Below, one piece after another: positions 1 through 12,790 of a stretch of DNA of 64,000 nucleotides (positions are counted from its first letter, which is position 1; every line of letters starts with the position of its first letter). The notes under the pieces are model-generated. The model saw nothing but the letters and a program-made list of their open reading frames with translations, searched no databases and had not been told where the DNA came from. A program made the position numbers and the translations under genes. Source of the DNA: Octopus sinensis (Eukaryota); assembly GCF_006345805.1 (NCBI RefSeq), contig NC_043016.1, positions 4,154,001 through 4,218,000 of the forward strand, in the 5' to 3' direction.

Positions 1-144
1 TCATTAGAGCATTGGATAGAATACCTTATTATATGTTATTTTTGTGTTCAGCTCCTGCTGAGCTCAACTCTGCCTTTCTTTTTTTACAGGGATGATATTG
101 TAAAGTAGTCATCAAATAATTGGGTTGACAGCATCCAGCTCACT

Positions 145-481
145 CAATGATTCTCAGCTATTTTTTATTTATGGACCTCTTTGGTTTCTATTTTATTCTA
201 GAGGACCCCCATGGTCATTCAATGTTTAAAAACTAGTTTTAGACAAGCTTCTTTCAAAATTCCTATTTCGTTTATCACACTTTAACTTGTGTAGGTTGAA
301 CTATGCAAAACATCAGAGAAAGACCCCTTGCTGTTTCTTTGCAATACTGATATCTAAAGCAAAATTTTTACATGGACCCGAAACAAACTACTGTGGACCC
401 TATTTACTATTTGGCTTGTGTGGATCCCCCAAAATATTATATAGACCCCCGAGGTGTCATATGGATCCCAGCTGAGCATTG
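145..481. mobile_element. Degenerate hAT-like MITE
   Basis: Imperfect TIRs (caatgattctcagct ... agctgagcattg) and many internal GGACCC/GGATCC-type subterminal motifs; no TSD resolved. Confidence 0.45.
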
Positions 482-1380
482 CTGCTTTAGCTAAATCCCT
501 TCTTCAGATTTCAGTCCTTGAAACAATTAAGGACAATGTATTAACAGAATCAATAGTGTTAGTATTTCATTCAGCCCCTTATGTTCTGGTTTCAGATCAT
601 GCTGTGGTCAGCTTCACTATTTGTCCCTCTAGGGAATTACTAGTCAAGTTCCGGACCAAATGTCATGCTTTATGCTTATGTATGAAACAGCTGTTAAGGG
701 TTGTGAGTCATTAGAGCACCAAAATAATGTCTTGTGTTTGTTTTAACTATTCATGTTTTGAGTTTAAATCCCATCAAGAAATTTGCCTTTCATCTTTTAC
801 AGTTTATAAAAGGAAGTGCCTAAATTAGAAACATGGGTGGTAAATTGGCAGAAGTATTAGAGCAATGGAAAGCATGCCTTGTGATATTTCTCCCACTTTT
901 ATATGTGCTGGGTTCAAACCTCACATTGGTTAGCTTTGCCTTTGTTCCTTTGAGGATTAATAAAGTCAAGTATCAATCAAATTCTGGGGTCAGTAGTATG
1001 AAGAAACCCCTTTCTTTAAAAACTACTGGCCTTCAGTGGTATCTCTCTCCTCAGAATTGCAGGCCTGGAATTTCTTCCCTAATTTTTCAACAGATTTAGC
1101 TATGGAAACTAAGTTATCACTGGACAAAAGTTCCCTCAAACAACCCATATTATAAGATTTTCAAAGAAACTAGAAATCTTTTAACTGAAATCACAGATTT
1201 GTGTATAAAAAAGCAATGGAATTTTCTGTAAGACACTTGAAATTTTCTCTGGAATTAGAGGAACTGGTTACTAACAAAACCACTATTTAGTAATAACTTT
1301 TAAATTGTAAGTTCAAGTCCCACTGTAGTTTACGCTGAGTTCTGTTTCTGGGTAGTTACTAAAATAAATATGACTAATAT

Positions 1381-1702
1381 AGGTGCAGGAGTGACTGTGT
1401 GGTAAGTAGCTTGCTTACCAACTATATAGCCTTGGGCTGACCAAAGCCTTGTGAGTGGATTTGGTGGACGGAAACTGAAAGAAGCCTGTCGTATATATAT
1501 GTTTGTGTGTCTGTGATTGTCCTGCTACCATTGCTTGACAACTGGTGTTGGTGTATTTACATCCCTGTAACTTAGTGGCTCGGCAAAAGAGACTGATAAA
1601 ATAAGTACTATGCTTACAAAAGTCCTAGGGTCGATTTGTTTGTCTCTAGAGGCAGTGTTCCAGCATAGCTGCAGTCAAATGACTGAATCAGATAAAAGAA
1701 TA
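1381..1702 (+). mobile_element. tRNA-derived SINE family 1, internally deleted copy
   Basis: Head aggtgcaggagtgactgtgtggtaagtagcttgc, (TA/TG)n spacer and 3' cagtcaaatgactgaa, shared with copies at 4830, 33067, 38322 and 39750. Confidence 0.8.
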
Positions 1703-2977
1703 ATATACAGATAAAATATTGCTTCCAAGTAGAGCAAAAAATTAGTTGATTTCTTCCTCCTTGCCCTGCTCCCACTAATCTTGGTGGCGCTTATTGAGTG
1801 CATGCAATTTCATATGTAGATAATTTCTCTTTGTCTATGGATTTTTTTCAGAATGTGACAAGGGATAAAATGAAATAGAATTAACCAGACCTATATTGTT
1901 TAAAAGTTTGAATGAATAATTGTTGAAGTTAATCGAAAAATATGTCTGATAAGGGATCTCTCCTCCAGCTGATGATGAATTGTTGTTCAATTCTTATCTC
2001 CATCAGACATCCAATGCTGGCAAATCATTCACCAGAAAGGTATTTATTCTGTGAGATCTAGATAAGCGTTATATCACACATCAGTGTGCACACACACACA
2101 CAGCACTCACTTTCTTTCTTTGTCTCATGTGTGTGTGTGTTATATAATTGCATATACCCATACACACATGTACATTCACAAATATATGCATATGCTTGAA
2201 AAGTACTCATAGAGGCTGTATAGTTCTACTTGTTGATGATCTGATTTTGTCAACAGCTGTTCATTTCTCTCTCTCCTTTTTGGCAGCTGTCTTTGCCTAC
2301 AAATAGGCTGTCAGAGTGTATGTGCTTTAGTTTTTAAAGACAAACAAACTAGTTTCTCTCCATCCTTCTTCCCCATCCTCCGCTACTATGTCAACAGTAT
2401 CAACAGACTGCATCCAGTGAGCTGAAAAATTTGCCAAAACTTTCTAAAATACTGCTATCATCCATCATTTGTTTTTTATCTTGGCTTACCCCCACTCCTT
2501 GTATGATAGATAATATTTTATTTACCTGTCCTTTGTATAAATCCTACCTTTACCATCAGTTTGACACGTCTAGCAGCAAGCAGCATACTGGATATAATGA
2601 ACGCCATTTTTACAATGCTTGAAATGTAAAATTCGTTTTGTGTGCACACCTTATAAACTTTATTATTTTTATTGTTGAAAATAAGTTATTTTCATTTTTT
2701 ACTTGGTTGTCCTACAGCTTTAGTTCTCTCACTTGAAGCTTTTGTGAGTTAGCATTTATTTTTGTGGTAAATAATTGGTTTGAAATTAACAAATTGTCTA
2801 TATGTGAAATGTCATATGCTGCCTGTTATGAAAGGTCAAATCTATTCTTAAGTGATAACCTTATAACAGTGTAGGTCTGCAACATAAGAAAAGCATTCCT
2901 TGGTTAATTCATTCTCCAGTTTGCTTTCTTTAGGTGATTGAGAATGGTAAATGACAAAGAAAAAAAAAATACTATGT

Positions 2978-2980
<3 letters not shown>

Positions 2981-3018
<38 letters not shown>

Positions 3019-3545
3019 TAATAATCTTTTCTACCATAGGCACAAGGCCTGAAATTTTGGTCACTGTGCAAGTTGATCACATCGACCCCCAGTGTTTCAC
3101 TGAGACTTATTTCATCAACCCCGAAAAAATGAAAGGCAAAGTTGACCCTGGCAGAATTGGAACTCTGAATGTAGGGATGGGCTAAGCATTTTGTCCAGCT
3201 CACTGCTTTTGATAATGAATAATGAAAATGGTTTCAGACTTTGGTACAAAGCTGGCTATTTTGTGGGGAGGGTGGTAAACCAATTACATTGATCCCAGTA
3301 ACTCAACTGGCACTTATTTTATCAACCCTGAAAGAACGAAAGACAAAGTTGACCTTGGCAGCATTTGAGCTCCAAATGTGAAGACAGATGAAATGCTGCT
3401 AATCATTTTACCCAGCATGCTAATGATTCTGCAAGCTTACTTCCTTAATAATAATAATAATTAATAATAATAATGATAATAATAATTAATAGTAACAATA
3501 ATTAATAATAACAATAATAATATTAATGATAACAATAATTAGTAA
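2981..3545 (-). mobile_element. Two tandem copies of tRNA-derived SINE family 2 embedded in (TAA)n arrays
   Basis: Two units (~3023-3205, ~3228-3445) with a B-box-like motif on the minus strand and shared gaaaggcaaagttgacc core; TAA arrays on both sides. Confidence 0.75.
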
Positions 3546-4829
3546 TAGTCTTTTCTACTATAGAATGACTAACAGTATGACTAACCTGTCTTATAAACCA
3601 ATTGAAACTGGCAACATATTTTCGTAAAAATGTGAATGTTTCTTTTTTTTTATGTATGATAAAGTTCTCAAGGCATCTTCTTCTTTTTGTTTTTTAATAA
3701 ATAATCTGTTTGTGTGAAACCTCTCTTAATCTTTTTAACACAGGGATGCACACACACACACACACACATGAAGATAGTAACAAGAATAACAATTGAATAA
3801 GAACTGGCCTTTGACAACCCATCCCACCCATGTCAACTTGGAAAATAAGCCATAAAATGATGTTGAGGTTCCTGATAATATTCTCACTTACATTGTCTTG
3901 TATTTAGAGTTTTTTTATTAGTGTATTCACCCTCTCCCTTCCATGTTTCTATCTTATTTTGTATGGTACTGTAATTAAGATTGCTTTGGTTTTAATTCTT
4001 CTGCTCCTGTTTGAACCACCAATTCTCATGTAATTATTTAACTCTTATTTCATAGTCAACAACTTAGAATAATTTTTCCTTTGGTGTTTAAATCTATGAA
4101 AAAAGTGAACTTTCAATGGATGTCTTTTATTTTAATTAAAGACTTGTTACTTCATGCAATAGTATTTATGTTTGCAACGGACTCACCATGAGTAAAATTC
4201 ATTTTACTTTAAAAATACTTCTGTTTTTCTAAATCACTTATGTTTTCTTTCCCCTTAAGCTGGAGCCTACTATATTAAATGCAAAATTTGTTTTTCTCCT
4301 TGCTCTTGCTTTTAGACAATATACACATAATAATCTGAATTCTATGTTCAAACTTGATGTATATGTGTGTGTAATGGGTCAGATTAAGGAGGCAAGGAAA
4401 ACAAACAAAACATTATAGTAAAAACCTTAAAGTAATTAACAAAAACAACAATGGAAGAAATGTATCCAATGAAAATAGATATACCAATGAAAGAAACAAT
4501 ACTTTTATTAATCAACTCTAATAATTCTTTATGCAATTATATAATCATAAGTTTGATATATATTTTCAGTTATATCATTATATTGTCTGATTTTCATTTT
4601 GTTTTTTTTTAATTTGTAGAAATTTTGCATTGAGATTGTAACTTATTCTCTTACATAACTTCCAACAAGCTTGCTTGGGTCTCTTATTAGATAAATCATT
4701 ATATCTAATCTTCATTAATTTATTCAATTATATTATTTCTTATAGTTCAAACATATTTGACCTTTTCATTTAATTTTTTCTCATGTTTCATTTTTTTTTT
4801 CTGTTTTAAGGAAAATGATTTGAGTAAAT

Positions 4830-5228
4830 AGGCATAGGAGTGGCTGTGTGGTAAGTAGCTTGCTTATGAACCACATGGTTCCGGGTTCAATCCCGCTGCG
4901 TAGAACCTTGGGCAAGTGTCTTCTACTATAGCCTCGGGCCGACCAAAGCCTTGTGTGTGGATTTGGTAGACGGAAACTGAAAAGAAGCCCGTCGCATATA
5001 TGTATGTATATATATATGTATGTTTGTGTATCTGTCTGTCCCCACAACATCACTTGACAACCGATGCTGGTGTATTTACATCCCCGTAACTTAGTGGTTC
5101 AGCAAAAGAGACCGATAGAATAAGTACTAGGCTTCCAAAGAATAAGTCCTGGGGTTGATTTACTGGACTAAAAGCAGTGCTCCAACATGACCACAGTCAA
5201 ATGACTGAAACAAGTAAAAAAGTAAAGG
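4830..5228 (+). mobile_element. SINE family 1, near full-length
   Basis: A-box-like tggctgtgtggt, B-box-like gggttcaatccc, central ccttgggcaag segment and the family 3' end. Confidence 0.85.
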
Positions 5229-5474
5229 AAAATATAATTTTTTCTTTATAATACATAACCCATGTAGTTCAAGTTTCCCTAGTTTTAAATGTTGGGCATA
5301 AGAGGCATCAGATGTGATGTGCAAGAAAGACAACTGCCCTGGTATGGTCATGTGATGCACATGAATGAGGACAGATGTGTAAAGAAGTGCCAATCTCTAA
5401 CTGGGAAAATTGAACTACATGGGTTATGTATTATAAAGAAAAAATTATATTTTCCTTTACTTTTTTACTTGTTT
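5208..5474. repeat. 72-bp inverted repeat enclosing a 113-bp inverted copy of 5979-6091
   Basis: Arms 5208-5279 and 5403-5474 are reverse complements with one mismatch; 5291-5403 equals the reverse complement of 5979-6091. Confidence 0.9.
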
Positions 5475-5714
5475 AAATTTTTACCACACAAGGAATATTA
5501 CTTCATTTTAAAGAGAAACTTTGCATTATTTTTATTCTCCCCGCAGATAACCTAGTTTGAATTTTCTATTTATATCTTTATAGTACAGAATGTCTTTCCA
5601 ACTCCTTTATAGCCTTTAAAATATTTTTTTAAAGTTTTCAAGCTCCATTTATATGAACAGTTAAATTTATTACATTAGGTCTTGGTCTTTTGTCATTGCC
5701 TCCATGAAGCCTAA

Positions 5715-7380
5715 CACTCAAAAGGTGCTTTTCATGTGCTACTGGCATCAGCCACTTTGCCTCCACGAGGCCCAATGCTTGACAGGTGCTTTTTATGTGA
5801 CACCACCATTGGCCACAACTATGATTTCACTTGGCTTGACGGATCTTCTGAAGCACAACATATTGCCAAGCATCTCAGTCACTAGTCATCGTCTCTGTGA
5901 GGCCCAACGTTCAAAGATCATGATTCACCACCTTGTCTCATATCTTCCTGAGTCTATCTCTACCACAGGTCCCCTTCACAGTTAGAGATTGGCACTTCTT
6001 TACACATCTGTCCTCATTCATGTGCATCACATGACCATACCAGGGCAGTTGTCTTTCTTGCACATCACATCTGATGCCTCTTATGCCCAACTTTTCTTTC
6101 AAGATGCTTACACTCATGCACACTGACATTGCACATCCAGCAAAGCCTACTGGCTTCATTTCTTTCAAGCCTATGCATTTCCTCAGCTATCACAGCCCAT
6201 GTTTCACTGCAGTATAGCATAGCTGTTCACACACACAGGCGTCATACAATCTGCCTTTCACCATTTGTTGTCAGCAGAGGTAGAAGCTCTCTGAACTTTG
6301 CCCATCCTATTCTTGTTCTCACAGCTATATTCTTGTAGCATCCACCTCTGCAACTAACTTGGTCACCTAGATAATGGAAGCTGTCTACTAACTCTAGCTT
6401 ACCCACCTGGCAGTTGATGGAGTCTATTTTCTCTACATTGTCGGTGTTTAGTGTACTTGTGCATCTTCCATACACAAAAGCTATTTTTCTTGTTAATCTT
6501 CCTCTGATATTTCTGCACCTCTTATGTGTCCATAACCTACACTGGGTACATTATATAGAGTTTTTATGCCTTTTCTACAGATCAAGCAGGGCTGTCTTCC
6601 TGAGGGGATTTGTGATTTGTCTGCTTTCCTATTTACAAAGCCTTTGGTTTTTGCGAGGTTGACTCTAAGACCTTTTGATTCTAGACCTTGCTTCCACACC
6701 TGAAACTTCTTTAGTTCTTGTAGTTACTCAGCTATTAGAGCAAGATCATCAGAGTAGAGGAGCTCCCAGAGCTGCCTGTCTTAAATTCTTCTGTTATTGC
6801 CTGCAGGACTATGATAAACAAGAGGGGGATGAGGACTGATCCTTACCTCTACCCGGAATTCTTCGCTATACTCCTTGCAACCCTCACCTTACTAACAGCA
6901 TCCCCGTACGTTGCTTGCACAGCTCTCACTAACCACTCATCTATCCCTGGTTTCAGCATTGACAACCAGATAAGGGATCTGGGGACTTTCTCCATGTCAA
7001 CAAAAGTCAAGTACAGAGGTTTATCTTTGACTAGGAATTTCTCCTGTCTTACCAGAAATATCGCATCAGTGGTGCTTCTCCATTGCACAAAACCAAACTG
7101 CATCTCATCTAAACCAACTCTCTCCTTGATTACTTGGGCTCTCTTCCTCCCATTCATTATTCACATTCAGCAGTCTTTCATAATGGAACTCCAAGCCTCT
7201 TTCTTTGCAGAATCTTTAAATGCAAGTGCACCATCATCCATGTGGGCACATTTCTCTCCTGTAACATCACAATTTTCTCTCACACGCTGTCTTGCAATCC
7301 AAAATACTAAAAGTCTTTGGGCCTCATGTTGCTGAACATAGGCAAACTTGTTCTTTTTTGCTTTTCCCTGGCTAGATATA
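5715..7380 (-). mobile_element. RTE-clade LINE family A, decayed, 5'-truncated, lacking its 3' tail
   Basis: Minus-strand fragments (LDEMQFGFV..STTDAIF, KLELVDSFHYLGDQV, QERQLPWYGHV) colinear with the young copy at 44107-46918. Confidence 0.9.
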
Positions 7381-8069
7381 CAGATTAAAAAAGCATGCAA
7401 TTCCCTAGTTTTTAAACAAGGTTACCATATTGCCTATAGAAAACACGATTTCTCTCTTTTACTGAATATGACATGCATATATAATGAAATTATGGATACA
7501 GAATTAAATACAAAAAATGCCCCCCCCCCAAAAAAAATTGCATATAAATGACCTAATTAACACTATTTCTTGTGGAACCTTAAGCGGCCTCTCAGGAAAC
7601 CCAGGGATTCAGGAGTATCTTGATTAGAAATGATGCATTGGAATGTTTAGCTAAATAAGACGTCTATATCACCATCATTATCCATAAAGAGAATTTTTGC
7701 TTCTATTGCAAAATGCAGAAGCACAAATGCATACCCTCTTAATCAGTTATGCAACTCTGAAGTAATTATCTATGAGGCAAAGATCACTTCCACTCAACCA
7801 AATTTAAATAATGTGCCTCAACAGGTTTTGATGGATGAAACAATTATTTTGTCTCGTTTTTGAACATAGAAAAGCATAACTTTGCTTTTGATCACAAACG
7901 TTATTGAATAATGTTTTAACATTGAAAGATGTAAAGTATTGGCAATAAAATGAATAATCCACAAAGTATGTAAATCACCAAAAGAAAAAAAAAAGCATGT
8001 GGATTTATGCATTGCTGAGAAGAAACTCATAGTGATAAAACCCAGTAAATTTCCTATTTAAACATCTGT

Positions 8070-8139
8070 TCAGTATTCTTCAATAAATGTTGTCACTTCT
8101 GTAAGGATCCACTCAGAAAATTGGGAAGCTATGCCACCT
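8070..8139 (-). CDS. Candidate terminal exon of an unidentified minus-strand gene (xGGIASQFSEWILTEVTTFIEEY*)
   Basis: Acceptor ctattgatttcag, open phase-2 frame ending in TGA; no homology recognised. Confidence 0.3.
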
Positions 8140-9112
8140 CTGAAATCAATAGATTAACAACTAGGCTATTTACCAAGGTAGCTTACATTATTCTGTTTCT
8201 GTTCAGTGCTCCTTTTATAAACTATTTTCTGCTATATCTCTAATGTGAACTGTTCTTTACTGTTTATAGTCTCCGTCACACTATATCAACCTTTATTTCT
8301 AATTCACTACAGTGAGCATAACTTCCTCGTCTATTATCACAGTGCAATGTATGTTATCTCAGGAATTCAACCTTTTAATTATATATAGGCACCTATATTG
8401 TAAGCATTTATCTCTGTTTCACACCTTTATTTAAATCCAGTGAAATCACTCATCTTAAACTATTCCTAGTCAACAAGTAATGAATTATATCACTTACCAC
8501 AACAATTAGAAGTTTTACTTACCATTTCAAATCATTTCCCATTATCAATGTTATGCATATTAAATTATGTGGACTTTGCTATGTCATTTGGAGATTATGC
8601 TGGTATTATCAGATGAGGAGTGTGTCCCATCTTATGAAACTTGATGACAGTAAGAATAATCACTAAAACAGTATATTTTAATATATGCATGCATGTGTAC
8701 ATGCATGCATGCACACATACACACACACTTTTGGGTCACTTCATTGTCTAACCTAAATTATTTTGGTAAGCATGAGATGGTCTTTGACATCTCTGTTCTG
8801 TAGTATCTTATCTTTTAGTCATCCAATATATACACAAATAATGGAATTTCCTTGGGCTGCTTAACCCATGTGTACCACAAAATACATGATTTATTCACCC
8901 TACATTTAGGTTCTACTGCTCTAATAACTCTTATTCTTAATCACTTGAACTCACTGACCAGATATTTTATTCTCAGAAGTCTGAGATGAGTTGTTATTAA
9001 TGAAATTTTTCAGCCTATTAGAATTGACCTTATGAATGAAATACTCGTTAATATTTACATCTAAACTAAATTTTCGTCAGCATGATCTCCAGTTGCCATC
9101 CTGGATACCTAC

Positions 9113-9143
9113 TTAGCAGGATTTAAACAAGGAACTTCTATTT
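9113..9143 (-). CDS. Candidate 31-nt internal exon (xIEVPCLNPAK)
   Basis: Acceptor cttttactttag, donor AA|GTAGGT; joins in frame to the 8070-8139 candidate. Confidence 0.3.
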
Positions 9144-9823
9144 CTAAAGTAAAAGTAATAATTGTTTCTTTTTTTTTTTAACTTAATAATCCTTGTTTCA
9201 ATTCAGTCCAGTTCGATGTACAGTACACAACCAGAGATAAGACACTTGATGAGAGTAACCAGTGCTCTGGAAATGTATTGTAGAAATAAATATTTAAAAA
9301 TATTTTATTAATCAACTTAGCAGCCTCAAAAAATGGTAGTTCAAATGAAAAAAAATCCACATTTCTATCAAAGTTTATTTCGAAATATGATTCAAATGTT
9401 TTAGTCTCTCTCAGCAGATTCCATATATATTCATACATATATGCATTAATAAATATACGAATATGTATGTACACATGTGTGTGCGTATATACACATATAT
9501 GTGCATATACATACATACACACACACACACGCACATATATAACAGTTTAGCTAGGTGTAAAATACACCAAAGGGATATTAAATAACCAAAGGATTTCTGG
9601 TTTATATTACCTATATCAATAGTTAAGAAGGTATGTTAATTTGATGAAGCATCCATTATATATTTAAACGGATCTGATTATTCTTGACAAACTTTGTTTT
9701 ATTTATGAAGCAGAAACAGCAGGAATTTATGAGATTGTCATTTATTTGTATAAAAATATTAAATTGAATTGAATTTATAATTGTTCAATTCATTAGTTTT
9801 GTTTTTCAATTTCTGATTTATAT

Positions 9824-10046
9824 ATCATCATCATCATCATTTAACGTCGTTTTCCGCGCTAGCACGGGTTTGGACGGTTTTGACCGGGTCTGGGGAGCAG
9901 GGACTGCCCCAGGCTCCAGTCTGATCTGGCAGTGTTTTACAGCTGGATGCTCTTCCTAACGCCAACCACTCCGACGAGTGTAGTGGGTGCTTTTTACGTG
10001 CCACCTGCACAGGTGGCCAGAGGGGTCTGGCATCGGCCACGATCGG
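9824..10046 (-). mobile_element. RTE family A 3' end with (GAT)n tail
   Basis: (cat)n-ttaacgtc...gctagcacggg motif matching the 3' end of the 44107-46918 copy. Confidence 0.85.
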
Positions 10047-10616
10047 TTATTGCCTTTTTTCATTGCATTCGGCAGGGGGGAGGGTTCCGGCAGAGGAGAG
10101 AGGGAGAGAGAGTGGGGGGTGCATGTATATGGGGAGCACCAGTGGGGAAGGTTGGGGGTAAAAGAAACGATGACAGGTAGGGTTGGTGGCAGGTCTCTAG
10201 ACAGAATGAAAAGTAGGAAGTAAAACGTAGGATATCACGAGTGGGGAGGAACATAAGATAACAGGTTAAGTGGGACGTTTGATGAGCTGCAGCGCCAGCT
10301 GCTTCTGTCCAGGGGGAGAGAGGCAGGGGTAAAATACATAGTGAGAAGTATTGTAGGAGGAGGGGTATATGGAGCTAATAAGCGGACAGCTTTTTTCTTA
10401 TTTTTTTCTTATTTTTATAAGAATGCCATATTAGTATGGCGATAACTATTATTTCGGGAACGCTGCCGCTGTTCTCTTTTAGAGAGACTTAGTTATTGTT
10501 AATATTTCTATTATTGAAAACAAGTGGATGTATTCCACCGAAACTAGGTAAATAAAACCATCGAACAGAGATTGTCGGAAGCGACACCTACTGGCTGGCT
10601 ACGCTGCATTGAAAGG

Positions 10617-10716
10617 NNNNNNNNNNNNNNNNNNNNNNNNNNNNNNNNNNNNNNNNNNNNNNNNNNNNNNNNNNNNNNNNNNNNNNNNNNNNNNNNNNNN
10701 NNNNNNNNNNNNNNNN
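10617..10716. other. Assembly gap (100 N)
   Basis: Exactly 100 Ns, a conventional unknown-size gap; the flanks may not be contiguous. Confidence 0.98.
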
Positions 10717-12144
10717 TTATCACTAAACAACCTCCAGCACTAATTCTGTGTAATAGATCTTATCTGCTGTTACCAGTGAGTCATCTAAGCATTTCATTGT
10801 CTCCAGTCTTATGACTACCCTCACTCTTAAGATTGTTCAGTGCTTCTCAACTAGCTTTGCCTCATTTCATTCCTCTATAATTCACTTTGTAGTTATTTTC
10901 TAATTATTATTTTCACCGATCATATCATGTTCAATTAAATTTTATTCTTTCATACTGATTGAGGCTACTCTTGTGATTCAGCTGGGATTTTGTAGTTGTT
11001 TCCATCAGGTTTGCTCTATGTTTTTATGAGTATGGTTAAATGTCCTTATTAAGGTGATGGTAATGAGTATGATACCTAATTGTTCTTATTTTCTAATAAC
11101 TTGATGGATTAGTGCAGAGAAAGAGAGACATGATGTATTAATCCTTGCTTACCTATGTGACAGAATTAGTAATTAGCTTAACTTTTAAGACCCTATTGAT
11201 AAACTTTTATTTTGAACAAGACATAACTCATACAAAATGGACATGCTAATGTAAATCAGTTATTCCTTTAATAAGCAAAAAAAAAAAGGGCTTGTTTATT
11301 CGAATGCTTATAGTATATTTACATGTTATCGGATTATCATGAAAATTGGTATTATGGTTCAAAAAAAATTATTTTTTTATGTAAATAGTTACTATGCTAA
11401 TGATAAAGCTGTGCCTGTGTGATTAGTGATATATTGCATAATGTTTAATTTGTTATATGATAGCTAAAAGCAATACACCAAGAAAAATAATCCAAAGTAT
11501 ATTAGTAAGAAACGATATGGGATTACTGACAGACATTACTGACAGCAAAAAGTGTTTTTCCTGAGACTTTTAGCAGCTTTTCATTATGAAATTTACAGAT
11601 AAGCTTAGTTACTTCCTTTAGAAATAAGATAGCTAACTAAGCACCAAAATTTCAATAGAAAAAACTTCAAAAATTAATTGAAAATATTCAACATATGAAT
11701 TCATTTTGGTAGTAATTATGATGTTTGTAAACAACTTCTAGATACAAGAGAAGAAGCATAACGAGCAGTAGTTACTTAGATCTCCCCCCCCCCCATCATA
11801 GTTCTTACAAAGCAAGATACTATTTTACTCCTCCTGCAATATTTTTCTCTCTTTTAAATATTAATTGTAATGTGGAATAAGGATTATCCACAGCTGCTCT
11901 CCTCCATTCTATAACATTTCCAATGTTATGCCATTCCCCTCATCCCCGCCCCTGGTATTGTCTTTATCAATTTTAAAGCAATGACCAAATGGGTAGCAGT
12001 TTTACCATCTGAAAGAGTAGAGAGTTGAGCATCACTGATGGTTTAAAAAGATTGGTCTAAAAGGTTTCATGCACATCTTTTGTTTGCTTATTGTCAGCTC
12101 ATTTTCGTTCTTGAGTGCCATCGCTCTCTCTTTTATCTTCTTAA

Positions 12145-12364
12145 CCCTTTGGCATTCAGATTACACTGTCAAATGCTGTGCTTATTTAGTCACATTGTTT
12201 TAAATTAATCATTTACTATCTCATAGCTTTGAGATTTTGATGATGTGACTGTTTATCTTTAGAATGACTTTGTAGAGTATGTGTGAGAGGCTGGATCTGG
12301 CTGGTTTGAACATAAAACTGGTAGACTATTTGGGCCAGTTATGGTTGGTTTAAATGCTAATGGG
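12145..12364. mobile_element. piggyBac-like MITE
   Basis: TTAA|CCCTTTGGCATT ... AATGCTAATGGG|TTAG; same family as the split copy at 57504-59186. Confidence 0.75.
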
Positions 12365-12379
12365 TTAGGCTTTACCTGT

Positions 12380-12790
12380 CTTTTGCAGCCTTCAGCAGCT
12401 TTTCTAATCTATATTTCTCAAACTCTCTCGCTCCTGATATTCTCTCATCACCTTTCAGAGAGATGAATACTCAGTGATTTTTCCTTGGTCTATGTCTGTT
12501 GCATTTTCTTTATTTCTTTCAAAACTGTTTCATTTGATATCTGCAAGATAACTGTTCTTGTTCTCCACATGCAACCTTTCATTTTCTGCACCAGTGAATT
12601 GTAGTCATTGTTAATGCCAGGTTTACTGCCGTATAGAATCTTACAATAATATCACATCTAAAGACTTTGATATAGGGATTCTTCAAGATGTGCAGAGTCT
12701 TTTTCTCTTCAGTCTTGTCCATGACAATCTTTGGTCATTGCTCGTGACAATTTGCTGGTCTTGAATGGTGCAGCAACTGAAATGTCCTGT
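12380..12790 (-). mobile_element. Old RTE-like LINE remnant
   Basis: Broken minus-strand translation resembling LYGS.W and ISNETVL motifs of RTE C-termini. Confidence 0.4.

Noticed and set aside
454-1290. Protein-like ORFs 454-714, 833-1099 and neighbouring open frames
   Set aside because: No recognisable domain and no consistent exon chain; could be decayed coding or TE sequence but unsupported.
10505-10560. Hammerhead-like gtgga-tgtat-tccac-cgaaac-tag-gta-aataaa
   Set aside because: Stem II and GAAAC are present but there is no CUGANGA core at the right spacing (ttgaaaacaa); at best a dead relic.
10572-10814. ORF spanning the N run
   Set aside because: Artefact of the 100-N gap.
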